Below, one piece after another: positions 39,700 to 49,857 of a stretch of 64,000 nucleotides of DNA. The stretch comes from Nitrospirota bacterium. GTDB lineage: Bacteria; Nitrospirota; Thermodesulfovibrionia; Thermodesulfovibrionales; Dissulfurispiraceae. The DNA lies in NCBI GenBank assembly GCA_963790025.1, contig CAWBMP010000004.1, forward strand, positions 1,376,001 through 1,440,000, in the 5' to 3' direction. Under the pieces are notes generated by a model. The model ran no database searches and had not been told where the DNA came from. It was given only the letters and a program-made list of their open reading frames with translations. The stretch's first letter is position 1; every line of letters starts with the position of its first letter. The translations under genes and the position numbers were made by a program.

Positions 39700-40296
39700 T
39701 TAATTACTCTTTCTCTTTTTTTTCTTTGACTCTTCAATCAACTTTCTTAGCTCTTTGTTTGCTTGATCCAGTTCTTTTTTGTATTTTCGACATACCATAA
39801 CTTTTTCCACCTGGCCGTACTCTACCAAGCCCTTCGTTTTGCCGCAGCCGCAAGCACATTCACCAGGTTTTGGCATAGGATGAGGCATAGTTGCATCCTC
39901 TATCCCACATTCCGTGAGCAAAATCATAACGTCGAGGGGGGTAGGATACAAAGACAGTGCAGAAAGTTTCTCAATAACATCTATAAAATATGGCAAAACA
40001 TCCCAGCTCAGGCCGCCGTTAGCGATTTCAACCGTTAATATCTCCTTCTTTGGATCGTATCCATCATCTATATCTCCCTCAGTTGGCAAACGCCATATAA
40101 ATAGTAATGCTATTCTTACAGGATCTTCTCCATCCCAATCAAGATCATCAATGGCATTGCCGGAAGAACGTTCTATCCCCACAAAAATTGCTTCAGTCTC
40201 ATCGTCAAACGATTCTTTAATCTCTTTCAGGTCCCATGACTGGGATACAAGCTGAAAATATCTTTCGAGTTTTAATCCTTCTGGCCATCTCTCCAT
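39700..40296 (-). CDS. Hypothetical protein
   Basis: 198-aa ORF with AAGGAG RBS and CACGCG motif. Confidence 0.65.
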   Translation of the reverse strand: MERWPEGLKLERYFQLVSQSWDLKEIKESFDDETEAIFVGIERSSGNAIDDLDWDGEDPVRIALLFIWRLPTEGDIDDGYDPKKEILTVEIANGGLSWDVLPYFIDVIEKLSALSLYPTPLDVMILLTECGIEDATMPHPMPKPGECACGCGKTKGLVEYGQVEKVMVCRKYKKELDQANKELRKLIEESKKKKRKSN

Positions 40297-40482
40297 GAAG
40301 TGTTCTCCTTAACGGTTTTCTGGTTTATAGACAGAATCAGTGTCCTTTTTTCAATCTCTTAAGAATTCTGAGCAGATGCTTTATTCTGAATTTGTCTTTA
40401 GACTCGTGGAGCGACGGATAAACTCGCAGCCAGCCCGACTTATCGTACTCTACTGTTTTCTTTGTCTTTCTCATATAACAAC

Positions 40483-40788
40483 TCAGTCCTGTCTATTCAT
40501 CACATCCCCGAGCCGCCGCATCTCAGGCGACGCCGAGAATATTTCATCCGACACGCTCTCAAGTGCCGCCAGGCATGCCGGGCATAGTCCGCTCAAATCA
40601 TCCTCGGCGAATCCCAGACATTTTCCACCACATTGTCCGACCTTACTCTTACTGAGCATGTTATTGATAGCATCCTCGATCCCGGCGACTTCTTCTGCCA
40701 GTCTCTTGTTGAATTCATGCTCTTTATGCTCTCTGTCGTCCATACAGGCATAGTGTAATAAATAAGCATATATATTTTCCACAGTCAA
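40483..40788 (-). CDS. Hypothetical Cys-rich protein
   Basis: CGGKC...LCPAC. Confidence 0.45.
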   Translation of the reverse strand: MTVENIYAYLLHYACMDDREHKEHEFNKRLAEEVAGIEDAINNMLSKSKVGQCGGKCLGFAEDDLSGLCPACLAALESVSDEIFSASPEMRRLGDVMNRQD

Positions 40789-40914
40789 TCATTATTTGCC
40801 TATTTTTTCATCACAACAGGACAGACACTTGAAAGATAAGCAGTCTCCTTTATCGATTAACAGGTTCCAAACAATTCCTGTGAATAAGTCCCCTCTGATA
40901 TAATACTTTTCACT

Positions 40915-41082
40915 ATGGCAGAAGTGTTGAAAAAGGATGAAACTGTATCCCTCGAGGAAGTAGTAGTTTCCAATGTCTTTACACAGGAAGCATTGATAAA
41001 CGTCCTCGTAAACAAGTGTCTAATAACTAAGGAAGAAATTATAGAAGAAATAAAACGGCTTAAGGCAGCGGTGCCGGAATGA
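40915..41082 (+). CDS. 55-aa small protein
   Basis: MAEVLKKDETVSLEEVVVSNVFTQEALINVLVNKCLITKEEIIEEIKRL; TGATATAAT just upstream; ATGA overlap with the NERD gene. Confidence 0.6.
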   Translation: MAEVLKKDETVSLEEVVVSNVFTQEALINVLVNKCLITKEEIIEEIKRLKAAVPE

Positions 41083-41864
41083 ATATAATGTTTAACGCGG
41101 CCTTCCATCAGTTTTTAGCCTCATGGCCTCTATTTCTTATTATCATTGTCGCTTTGATAGCTGTAACCATATTTAAACACAGAAAGGTGAAGGGATGGGT
41201 CGGCGAAAAAGTCACCACGGCAGGACTATGGAGCCTGCTGGATAAGGGTACCTATCGACGGATTGACGATCTGATTATACCTGCATCAGATGGCACTACC
41301 CAAATAGACCATCTACTTGTGTCGAAATTCGGCATATTTGTGATCGAGACGAAAAACTACCAAGGCTGGATCTATGGTAAACAGCTGGATGATAAGTGGA
41401 CACAGAATATATACGGCCATAAGAACCAGTTTCAAAACCCGCTCAAACAGAACTACCGGCATGCCAAAAGCCTGACAGAATTTCTCAAAATTGATGATAG
41501 TCTCATTAACCCACTGATTTTCTTTGTTGGAGATTGCCAATTCAAAACTCCCATGCCGCCGAACGTATTAAACAGCGGCTTGATTCCGTATATCAAAGGA
41601 TTTACCCAGGAGCGGCTAACGGAACAAGAAGTCGAAGAGATTGAAAAGAAACTCCTGATGCTGAAGCAGGACAAGTCGCTGAACTTGGAAACACACTTGG
41701 AATCACTGCGAGAGCGTCATGAATCGGCAATATGCCCCAAATGCGGCGGCCAGCTCGTGGAACGGGTAGCAAAAAGGGGTGCCTCTGCCGGTAGCTCTTT
41801 TTGGGGCTGTTCGAATTATCCAAGGTGTAAATATGCAAGAAAGGGTGGAAATGAATTGGATTAA
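41079..41864 (+). CDS. NERD nuclease-domain protein with TM anchor and topoisomerase-type C4 Zn finger
   Basis: TTQIDHLLVSKFGIFVIETKNYQG, FQNPLKQN, CPKCGG...FWGCSNYPRC. Confidence 0.9.
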   Translation: MNIMFNAAFHQFLASWPLFLIIIVALIAVTIFKHRKVKGWVGEKVTTAGLWSLLDKGTYRRIDDLIIPASDGTTQIDHLLVSKFGIFVIETKNYQGWIYGKQLDDKWTQNIYGHKNQFQNPLKQNYRHAKSLTEFLKIDDSLINPLIFFVGDCQFKTPMPPNVLNSGLIPYIKGFTQERLTEQEVEEIEKKLLMLKQDKSLNLETHLESLRERHESAICPKCGGQLVERVAKRGASAGSSFWGCSNYPRCKYARKGGNELD

Positions 41865-42399
41865 GGTCCATAGATTATTATGTGCTTTGTTTTCCGTTGT
41901 TATCGTTTGCGGATATTCAACTGCACAGGCTATCGATGTCCCGGTCAACACGACCGCCCATGTATATTTCTCGCCTGACGGTGGAGGGACCACCGCTATA
42001 GTAAAGGCTATCGAGAATGCCAAATCGGAAATACTCGTTCAGGCGTATTCCTTCACTTCCGCACCCATAGCAAAAGCATTGGTTGATGCTCATAAGCGAG
42101 GTGTGCATATCGAGATTATATTGGATAAATCCAATAACACTGCCAAATACTCAGCCGCTGACTTCACGGCACACGCCGGTATCCCGACTTATATTGACGC
42201 CCAGCATGCCATTGCACATAATAAAATTATGATTATCGACAGGGAAACGGTGATTACCGGCTCCTTTAACTTCACCAAGGCTGCGGAAGAAAAAAATGCG
42301 GAGAACCTTATTATTATCAAGTCAAAGGCATTGGCAAAGACGTATGCCGATAATTGGAACAGGCATGAAGGGCATTCGGAAGTGTATCGAGGGAGATAA
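41851..42399 (+). CDS. Secreted PLD-family (Nuc-like) endonuclease
   Basis: Signal peptide; YFSPDGG; HNKIMIID...TGSFNFT...NAEN (HKD motif). Confidence 0.92.
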   Translation: MNWIKVHRLLCALFSVVIVCGYSTAQAIDVPVNTTAHVYFSPDGGGTTAIVKAIENAKSEILVQAYSFTSAPIAKALVDAHKRGVHIEIILDKSNNTAKYSAADFTAHAGIPTYIDAQHAIAHNKIMIIDRETVITGSFNFTKAAEEKNAENLIIIKSKALAKTYADNWNRHEGHSEVYRGR

Positions 42400-42435
42400 C
42401 AAATAATTGATGAACATAGAATTAGGCGTAAGCCA

Positions 42436-42575
42436 GGTTACACTTATGGTTACAAAAGTTACTCCGAGGTTACTCCAAAAAAGGGGCTAAGTGTAACCGG
42501 TTATTCTTTGGCCTATATTCCAATAAGTTTACGGTTACATTCTCGGAGTAACAACCTGTAACCGGAAGTGTAACC
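42436..42575. repeat. Patch of ~10 GGTTAC/GTAACC repeats in both orientations
   Basis: Copies at about 42436, 42448, 42457, 42468, 42491, 42499, 42533, 42546, 42556, 42568. Confidence 0.75.
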
Positions 42576-42698
42576 GTAAGGTGAGAGCGATATTCTTCAA
42601 ATAGCAGTCTCTATCAATCCCCTATGTGCTAAAATACGCCGTGTTGATGTATATCTGATACGCAATCGGTAGGGGCGGGGGATAAGAAAGCCAAAGCT

Positions 42699-45449
42699 AT
42701 GAACCAGACGCCAGAGGAGATAGCGCGTGACCACATTGATAGGCAGTTAATTCAGTGCGGCTGGATTATTCAGGATAAAAAAAAGATAGATTTGTGGGCT
42801 TCGCTGGGTGTTGTTGTCCGTGAATATCAAACAGACACTGGCCCGGCTGATTATATCTTATTCGTCAACGGCAAGCCGGTAGGTGTTATCGAGGCTAAAA
42901 AAGAAGAGGAAGGATATCATTTAACCTCTGCCGAAACCCAATCAGCCGATTATGCAACCAGCAAACTTAAACATCTGAATAATGACCCTCTGCCATTTGT
43001 CTATGAAAGCACGGGAGTGCTTACAAGATTTACCGACTATCGAGACCCAAAGCCCCGTTCGCGCCCTGTTTTTTCCTTTCATCGTCCGGAAACATTTCAC
43101 CAGTGGCTCAAAAAAGAAAAGACATTAAGGAGCAGGCTCCTTGATTTGACAGTTTTGCCCACAGAAGGCTTACGCGATTGCCAGATAACAGCCATTTCAA
43201 ACCTTGAAATATCTTTTAAAGAGAATAGACCCAAAGCCCTTATTCAGATGGCTACAGGTTCAGGAAAGACATTCGCCGCCATTACCTTTATATACCGTCT
43301 GCTGAAACATTGCGATGCCAAACGAGTTCTCTTTCTTGTTGATACCAGAAATCTCGGAGAGCAGGCAGAACAAGAATTTATGGCTTATACCCCGAACGAT
43401 GATAATAGAAAGTTTATTGAACTCTATAATGTGCAGCGGTTGAAGTCCAATTATGTGGCTACCGACAGCCAAGTTTGTATAAGCACTATTCAAAGACTTT
43501 ATTCTATTTTGAAGGGGGAAGAACTGGAAGAATCAGCAGAGGAAACGAACCCCGGTGAAATTGAGTGGGGTAAGCGCGAACCTTTGCCTGTGGTATACAA
43601 TGAAAAAATACCGATAGAGTTTTTCGACTTTATAGTGATTGATGAATGCCATCGTAGCATATACAATCTGTGGAAACAGGTTCTGGAATACTTTGATAGT
43701 TTTCTTATCGGATTAACCGCGACACCGGATAAACGGACATTTGGATTTTTCAATCAAAATGTCGTAAGCGAATACACTCATGAAGAAGCCGTGGCGGACG
43801 GTGTTAATGTTGGCTACAATGTATTTCTGATTGAAACGGAAGTCACTAAGAAGGGTTCTGTTATCTGGAAAGGTGAATATGTGGATTTCAGGGAAAAACA
43901 GTCTCGAAAGAGGCGATGGGAGCAACTTGATGAGGATGTCGCCTATTCTGCAAAGAAACTTGATGAGGACGTCGTTAATCCCAACCAGATAAGGGCTATT
44001 GTAAGAACTTTTAAAGATAAATTATCTGAAATATTCCCCAACCGTGAGGAAGTTCCCAAAACCCTTATATTTGCAAAGACTGATAGCCATGCCGATGATA
44101 TCATCCAGATTGTGCGTGAGGAGTTTGGTGAGGGTAATGCATTCTGCAAGAAAATCACATATAAGACTGAAGAAGACCCTAAATCGGTGTTGGCTCAGTT
44201 CCGCAATGACTATTACCCAAGGGTAGCCGTTACTGTTGATATGATAGCAACCGGAACCGATGTGAAGCCCCTCGAATGTCTGATATTTATGCGGGATGTA
44301 AAAAGTAAAAACTACTATGAGCAGATGAAGGGGCGGGGGACACGCACAATATCATTGGATGACTTGAGAAAGGTCACCCCTTCTGCTCACTATACCAAGG
44401 ACCATTTCATCATTGTTGACGCCATAGGGGTATCAAAAACCTTAAAAACAGATAGCCGTCCACTGGAACGGAAGCCCAGTGCTTCCCTTAAAGACTTGCT
44501 TGCCGCTGTGACTGTTGGCGCGCGCGATGAGGATTTATTTACCACCCTTGCAGGACGTATCAGCAGACTGGACAAGATAATGACGGAAAAGGAAAAGAGC
44601 ACCTTTACTGACAAGGCAAAGGGCAAACGCGCTGGACAAGTTGCAAAGGAGTTGTTAAACGCTTATGACCCTGACATGATTGAAACGACTGCTCGTGAAA
44701 AATTTAACCTGGCTAATTATGATATTCCGACAGAAGAACAATTAAAGGAAACACAGGACATATTGATTATAAAAGCATCATCCAATTTCAACGGCGACTT
44801 GAATACCTACATAGAAAACGTCCGAAAGGTGCATGAGCAGATAATAGATATTACTAATCCAGATACTGTTGAATATGTCGGGTGGGATAAACAGGCAAAG
44901 GCAGGGGCATCGGAATTGATACAAGACTTCAAAAGTTATATTGAGGTGCACAAGGATGAAATTACAGCCCTGCAGATATTTTATAGCCAGCCGTATCGCA
45001 GGCGAGAACTCACCTACTCCATGATAAAAGATGTGCTGGAGAACTTGAAATCCGATAAGCCACTACTTGCTCCCTTGAGGATATGGCAGGCATATGAACA
45101 CCTTGAAACAGTTAATGGAAGCCCGAAGAACGAACTGATAGCACTTGTATCCCTTATCCGCAAAATAGTCGGGATTGACTCCACGCTCACTGCTTATGAC
45201 AAGACAGTGGATAAAAACTTCCAGGACTGGGTATTTCGTAAGCAGGCAGGAACATTGAAATTTAACGAGGAGCAGATGCAGTGGCTTCGGATGATTAAAG
45301 AGCATGTCGTAACATCCTTTCATATTGAAAAAGATGATTTTGACTTAAACCCCTTCAATGAACAGGGCGGGTTAGGCAAGATGTGGCGTCTCTTCGGTGA
45401 TAAGACAGATGAAATTATTGAAGAACTGAACGAAGCGTTGGCGGCTTAG
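42699..45449 (+). CDS. hsdR: Type I restriction endonuclease subunit R
   Basis: ADY...VIEAK nuclease motif, MATGSGKT, DECHRS, LTATP, TGTD and QMKGRGTR helicase motifs. Confidence 0.95.
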   Translation: MNQTPEEIARDHIDRQLIQCGWIIQDKKKIDLWASLGVVVREYQTDTGPADYILFVNGKPVGVIEAKKEEEGYHLTSAETQSADYATSKLKHLNNDPLPFVYESTGVLTRFTDYRDPKPRSRPVFSFHRPETFHQWLKKEKTLRSRLLDLTVLPTEGLRDCQITAISNLEISFKENRPKALIQMATGSGKTFAAITFIYRLLKHCDAKRVLFLVDTRNLGEQAEQEFMAYTPNDDNRKFIELYNVQRLKSNYVATDSQVCISTIQRLYSILKGEELEESAEETNPGEIEWGKREPLPVVYNEKIPIEFFDFIVIDECHRSIYNLWKQVLEYFDSFLIGLTATPDKRTFGFFNQNVVSEYTHEEAVADGVNVGYNVFLIETEVTKKGSVIWKGEYVDFREKQSRKRRWEQLDEDVAYSAKKLDEDVVNPNQIRAIVRTFKDKLSEIFPNREEVPKTLIFAKTDSHADDIIQIVREEFGEGNAFCKKITYKTEEDPKSVLAQFRNDYYPRVAVTVDMIATGTDVKPLECLIFMRDVKSKNYYEQMKGRGTRTISLDDLRKVTPSAHYTKDHFIIVDAIGVSKTLKTDSRPLERKPSASLKDLLAAVTVGARDEDLFTTLAGRISRLDKIMTEKEKSTFTDKAKGKRAGQVAKELLNAYDPDMIETTAREKFNLANYDIPTEEQLKETQDILIIKASSNFNGDLNTYIENVRKVHEQIIDITNPDTVEYVGWDKQAKAGASELIQDFKSYIEVHKDEITALQIFYSQPYRRRELTYSMIKDVLENLKSDKPLLAPLRIWQAYEHLETVNGSPKNELIALVSLIRKIVGIDSTLTAYDKTVDKNFQDWVFRKQAGTLKFNEEQMQWLRMIKEHVVTSFHIEKDDFDLNPFNEQGGLGKMWRLFGDKTDEIIEELNEALAA

Positions 45450-45450
45450 A

Positions 45451-46917
45451 ATGGTTGCATTGCGTAAAACGCCAAAGGAATGGCTATTAACAAATTTAGG
45501 CACCGCTGCTACCTATTTGAATGGCAGAGCTTTCAAACCATCAGAATGGGAAGGTGCAGGAATACCTATTATCCGTATTCAAAATCTGAACGACCCTGAT
45601 GCCAAATATAATTACTCATCCCAATCTTTTGAAAGCAGATACAAAATATATAACGGTGATTTGTTATTTGCGTGGTCTGCGTCTCTGGGAGCATATATAT
45701 GGAAAGGTGAGGATGCATGGCTAAACCAGCACATCTTTAAAGTTATTCCAGGTGCTCATACCGATAAACATTTTTTATATTTCTTTTTAAACAGGGTAGT
45801 TGCGGAATTATATGCAAAGGCTCACGGTTCTGGCATGGTTCACGTTACAAAAGGAGTTTTTGAGAAACACTATTTTCCTCTACCCCCTCTCCCTGAACAG
45901 CGAGCCATCGTTTCAAAGATTGAGCAACTCCTCAGCGACTTAGACAATGGGATAGCAAGTTTCAAGGTAGCATTGGAACAACTTAAAGTTTACCGTCAGT
46001 CTGTGTTGAAATGGGCATTTGAAGGAAAATTAACAGAAGATTGGCGTAAAAAGCAGAAGAACCTCTCTGATGCAAAGGATTTACTGGAACAAATAAGAAT
46101 TGAGAGGGAAAGGCTGACTAAAGTAAATGGCACAAAAGTTAGGAATGTATACCCTATTGCGGAAGAATGCTTAACGACACTACCGGAACTGACAAAAGGT
46201 TGGATATGGGTTAAACTGGGGGAAATTGCATTAAAGATAACTGATGGTGAACATGTTACTCCTCAAAGGGCTTCTAAAGGAGTATACCTTTTATCTGCAA
46301 GAAATATTCAAAATGGCTATTTAGATTTGTCCAAGGTTGATTATATACCCTATGAGGAATACGAGAGAATAATTAAACGATGCTACCCTCAAGCAGGTGA
46401 TATTTTAATTTCTTGCTCTGGAAGCATCGGCAGAGTGTGTGCCGTTCCGAAAGAGATAGAATTTACACTGGTAAGAAGCGTGGCGTTAGTTAAATTAATT
46501 CAACAGTTAACTACATCAAAGTTTATGGAATATTGCCTTCAATCTCCGCTTCTTCAAAGGCAAATTGATGAAAAAAAGAAAGCAACTGCCCAGGCTAATA
46601 TATTCTTGCAGCCCATATCAGAATTGATATTTCCGCTATGCTCAGTTGCAGAACAATATGTAGTCGTTCAAGAAATAGAAACTCGCCTCTCCGTATGTGA
46701 TAATCTTGAAGAGAACATCAACCAGAGCCTGCAAACAGCAGAAGCATTACGACAAAGTATCCTCAAAAAAGCATTTGAAGGTAGACTTCTTTCTGATGTG
46801 GAACTGGAGAATGCTCGTAAAGCCCCAGATTGGGAACCTGCTGACAGCTTACTTGAACGCATCAAGGCTGAAAGGACATCTGTGCAAAAACCAAAGGCAA
46901 AACTAATAAAGAGGTAA
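45451..46917 (+). CDS. hsdS: Type I R-M specificity subunit
   Basis: Two TRDs, PLPPLPEQRAIV and LRQSILKKAFEG conserved regions. Confidence 0.95.
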   Translation: MVALRKTPKEWLLTNLGTAATYLNGRAFKPSEWEGAGIPIIRIQNLNDPDAKYNYSSQSFESRYKIYNGDLLFAWSASLGAYIWKGEDAWLNQHIFKVIPGAHTDKHFLYFFLNRVVAELYAKAHGSGMVHVTKGVFEKHYFPLPPLPEQRAIVSKIEQLLSDLDNGIASFKVALEQLKVYRQSVLKWAFEGKLTEDWRKKQKNLSDAKDLLEQIRIERERLTKVNGTKVRNVYPIAEECLTTLPELTKGWIWVKLGEIALKITDGEHVTPQRASKGVYLLSARNIQNGYLDLSKVDYIPYEEYERIIKRCYPQAGDILISCSGSIGRVCAVPKEIEFTLVRSVALVKLIQQLTTSKFMEYCLQSPLLQRQIDEKKKATAQANIFLQPISELIFPLCSVAEQYVVVQEIETRLSVCDNLEENINQSLQTAEALRQSILKKAFEGRLLSDVELENARKAPDWEPADSLLERIKAERTSVQKPKAKLIKR

Positions 46918-46919
46918 TC

Positions 46920-48404
46920 GTGACTGATAATAATACATCAAGTATCATTTCAAAAGTATGGAGTTTCTGTAATACCCTCCGTGACGACGGAGTAGGTTAT
47001 GGGGATTATCTTGAACAACTTACATATCTTCTATTCCTTAAATTGGCAGATGAGTTCTCAAAGCCTCCCTATAACCGTAAACTGCCTGTGCCAAAGGATT
47101 ATAACTGGGAAAGCCTTTCCTCCAGACGTGGCGCAGATTTGGAAGCGCATTACACTATCCTACTTCGTGAACTTTCAAAGCAAAAAGGAATTCTCGGACA
47201 GATATTCATAAAAAGCCAGAATAAGATTCAGGACCCTGCCAAACTCTATCGCATCATAGATATGATTGATAAGGAAGTGTGGAGTGAAATGGGGACTGAC
47301 ATAAAGGGGCAGATTTATGAGGGGCTTCTTGAAAAGAATGCAGAGGACACTAAAAGCGGAGCAGGGCAATACTTCACGCCCCGAGCGCTTATTAAGTCAA
47401 TGGTAGCCTGCCTGAAACCAGAGCCGATGAAGACTATTGCTGACCCGGCATGTGGCACCGGAGGGTTCTTCTTGGCGGCGTATGATTTTATAGCAGGTAA
47501 TTACTCTCTTGATAAAGAACAAAAGCGGTTCCTAAAATTTAAGACATTTTCAGGCAATGAAATCGTTGCCAGCACCAGAAGGCTTGCCCTGATGAATTTA
47601 TTTCTCCATAACATAGGCGATATTGATAGCGAAAACTTCATTTCATCGGCTGATGCTCTGATTGCGGATACCGGCATAAGGGTTGACTATGTTTTGGCAA
47701 ATCCGCCTTTTGGGAAGAAAAGCAGTATGACTTTTACCAATGACGAAGGTGAGCAGGAAAGCGAGGACTTAACATATAACAGGCAGGATTTCTGGGTTAC
47801 CACCAGCAATAAACAACTCAATTTTGTTCAGCATATCCGCACAATGCTTAAAACCGATGGACGGGCTGCGGTTGTTGTCCCCGACAATGTGCTTTTTGAA
47901 GGTGGCGCCGGTGAGACTGTCCGGCAGAAATTACTGGAAACAACCGAACTCCATACAATTCTGCGCCTTCCAACTGGACTATTTTATAAGCAGGGTGTAA
48001 AAGCGAATGTTATCTTCTTTGACAATAATCCCGCTTCCAAAACAGCATGGACAAAGGACGTGTGGATATACGATTACCGGACAAATATTCATCATACACT
48101 GAAAAAGAACCCGATGCAGTTTACTGATTTACAGGATTTCATAAATTGCTACAACCCACATAATCGCCATAAAAGGAAAGAAACGTGGCATGCTGATACA
48201 AATCCGGAAGGGCGCTGGAGAAAATTCACCTATGATGAGATTACAAAGAGGGATAAAACCAGCCTCGATATTATATGGCTGAAAGATAAAAGCCTTGCCA
48301 ATCTTGATAATCTGCCAGACCCGGATGTATTGGCTGATGAAATCATCGAGAATATTGAAGCGGGACTGGAAAGTTTTAAGGCTATTTATAATATTGTTAA
48401 ATAA
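46920..48404 (+). CDS. hsdM: Type I R-M methyltransferase subunit
   Basis: GAGQYFTPR, DPACGTGGF and ANPPF motifs. Confidence 0.96.
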   Translation: MTDNNTSSIISKVWSFCNTLRDDGVGYGDYLEQLTYLLFLKLADEFSKPPYNRKLPVPKDYNWESLSSRRGADLEAHYTILLRELSKQKGILGQIFIKSQNKIQDPAKLYRIIDMIDKEVWSEMGTDIKGQIYEGLLEKNAEDTKSGAGQYFTPRALIKSMVACLKPEPMKTIADPACGTGGFFLAAYDFIAGNYSLDKEQKRFLKFKTFSGNEIVASTRRLALMNLFLHNIGDIDSENFISSADALIADTGIRVDYVLANPPFGKKSSMTFTNDEGEQESEDLTYNRQDFWVTTSNKQLNFVQHIRTMLKTDGRAAVVVPDNVLFEGGAGETVRQKLLETTELHTILRLPTGLFYKQGVKANVIFFDNNPASKTAWTKDVWIYDYRTNIHHTLKKNPMQFTDLQDFINCYNPHNRHKRKETWHADTNPEGRWRKFTYDEITKRDKTSLDIIWLKDKSLANLDNLPDPDVLADEIIENIEAGLESFKAIYNIVK

Positions 48405-48442
48405 TTTATATCGGAACAAATAGGACCGTTACGTAGCAATAA

Positions 48443-48871
48443 TTAAGGTTTCTTTGAGATATATTTATCCATTCTCTCGGTAAGGTGACGGACTTCTTCT
48501 TTCATATCTTGCCTGTAGTTTGTTAAATCCGACTTGAGATTATCAATTTTATTTGTTAAGGAGTTATATGCCGATACCACTAAAGCGATAAATATTATAA
48601 TAGCAAAAAAAGCTTCCAAAAACTGAACATGCTCAGAGAACTTAAACTTCTTGGCTGGCATAATCGCTTTGTATACACCAGCGGAGTGTTCACCCCCTTC
48701 GGGTGTATAGATTGTGCTATCGGAGGACGGCAAACTCATGAAATCCTGTCCCGTCGCAGAATAACTATCGCCCGTTCTTGTGACGGGACTGGCCTCAAGG
48801 GATTTTTGGTATTCTCTCCTTTGAATGTCTCTACTCTTTGTCCTTGGGGGAATTGTTTTTTTTCTTGTCAT
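48443..48871 (-). CDS. Hypothetical single-TM protein with coiled C-terminus
   Basis: FFAIIIFIALVVSAY TM segment; ATGA overlap with the upstream gene. Confidence 0.6.
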   Translation of the reverse strand: MTRKKTIPPRTKSRDIQRREYQKSLEASPVTRTGDSYSATGQDFMSLPSSDSTIYTPEGGEHSAGVYKAIMPAKKFKFSEHVQFLEAFFAIIIFIALVVSAYNSLTNKIDNLKSDLTNYRQDMKEEVRHLTERMDKYISKKP

Positions 48872-49620
48872 AGTGTTTTTTGAAACACTTCAAAATTAAA
48901 CTTCGCCTTTATACTGTCTTCTATGTAACTCTGTGCTTCAGCAACATGATAGTTTATATTTATATCAGCAAAAGTTCTGAGAGGCATATAGTAATACTGA
49001 TAATCGGCGGCAAGCTTTATAACCGTAGGGAAACTTAACTCTTCGCCTAATTCTTTCATGGGTTCTCTTGCAGATATTATCTCAACAAAAGCATTCCGAT
49101 AGTCAGCCTTTTTGTCCGGCTGATATATCGCGTCTGAAGTTGGGTTCTTAAGGGCAAATCGTATCACAACATTATCGGGTGTGCCTTTCATATCAACTTT
49201 AAGAACTTTAGAGTATATCTCCTTTGCCGAATTTTCGAAGGAAGCAATTCTGTATTGGAAAACTACCCCCACCCTATCTATCTTATTCTTTCCTTCAGTA
49301 AGCGGTATGGCTATTTTTGACAGTTCAGTAAACATATCTTCAACGGTGGATATATCTATCTGGGGTTCTGCTGACATATCACAATTTAGGGTTAATCCGT
49401 CTGTGCCATAAATTACAGAAAGAGTGCCTTCTTCATCTCTGATGTCTACACTGAGGCTATCTGGATGCCCTATCATGGTGAAGCTTTTTTCCGGAAAGGG
49501 ATAATTGCCCTGAAGAGGTATTACTTTATCCAAGAATTCGCTTATTTTATTAGTTGCCTGAAATGTTCTCTTGTGCCTAAGCCCAATAACAACCCTCTCA
49601 AGTTCCCAAATATCCTTCAT
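48868..49620 (-). CDS. Hypothetical protein, distant TIGR04255-like
   Basis: ~250 aa; VVIGLR N-terminus, IDRVGVVFQY, C-terminal ADYQ. Confidence 0.5.
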   Translation of the reverse strand: MKDIWELERVVIGLRHKRTFQATNKISEFLDKVIPLQGNYPFPEKSFTMIGHPDSLSVDIRDEEGTLSVIYGTDGLTLNCDMSAEPQIDISTVEDMFTELSKIAIPLTEGKNKIDRVGVVFQYRIASFENSAKEIYSKVLKVDMKGTPDNVVIRFALKNPTSDAIYQPDKKADYRNAFVEIISAREPMKELGEELSFPTVIKLAADYQYYYMPLRTFADININYHVAEAQSYIEDSIKAKFNFEVFQKTL

Positions 49621-49857
49621 ATCCCCCCCTAATGCAACTTTGGTTATCAGCAAACCTGCAAAATTATATCATATTACAAAAAGTTATAAAAATATCGCTC
49701 AATAAAAAAGGCTCGGTAGGGGTTTGTCCGCCACAAGAATGAATCTTTTTTCATCTGTCTACTCATAACGGACAATAATAATAGCAATCACCGGTTGTCT
49801 GTTTCCCCTTATTACGGTATACTCGCAGCGTTTATAAAAATTAGAGGGCATAGGTTA

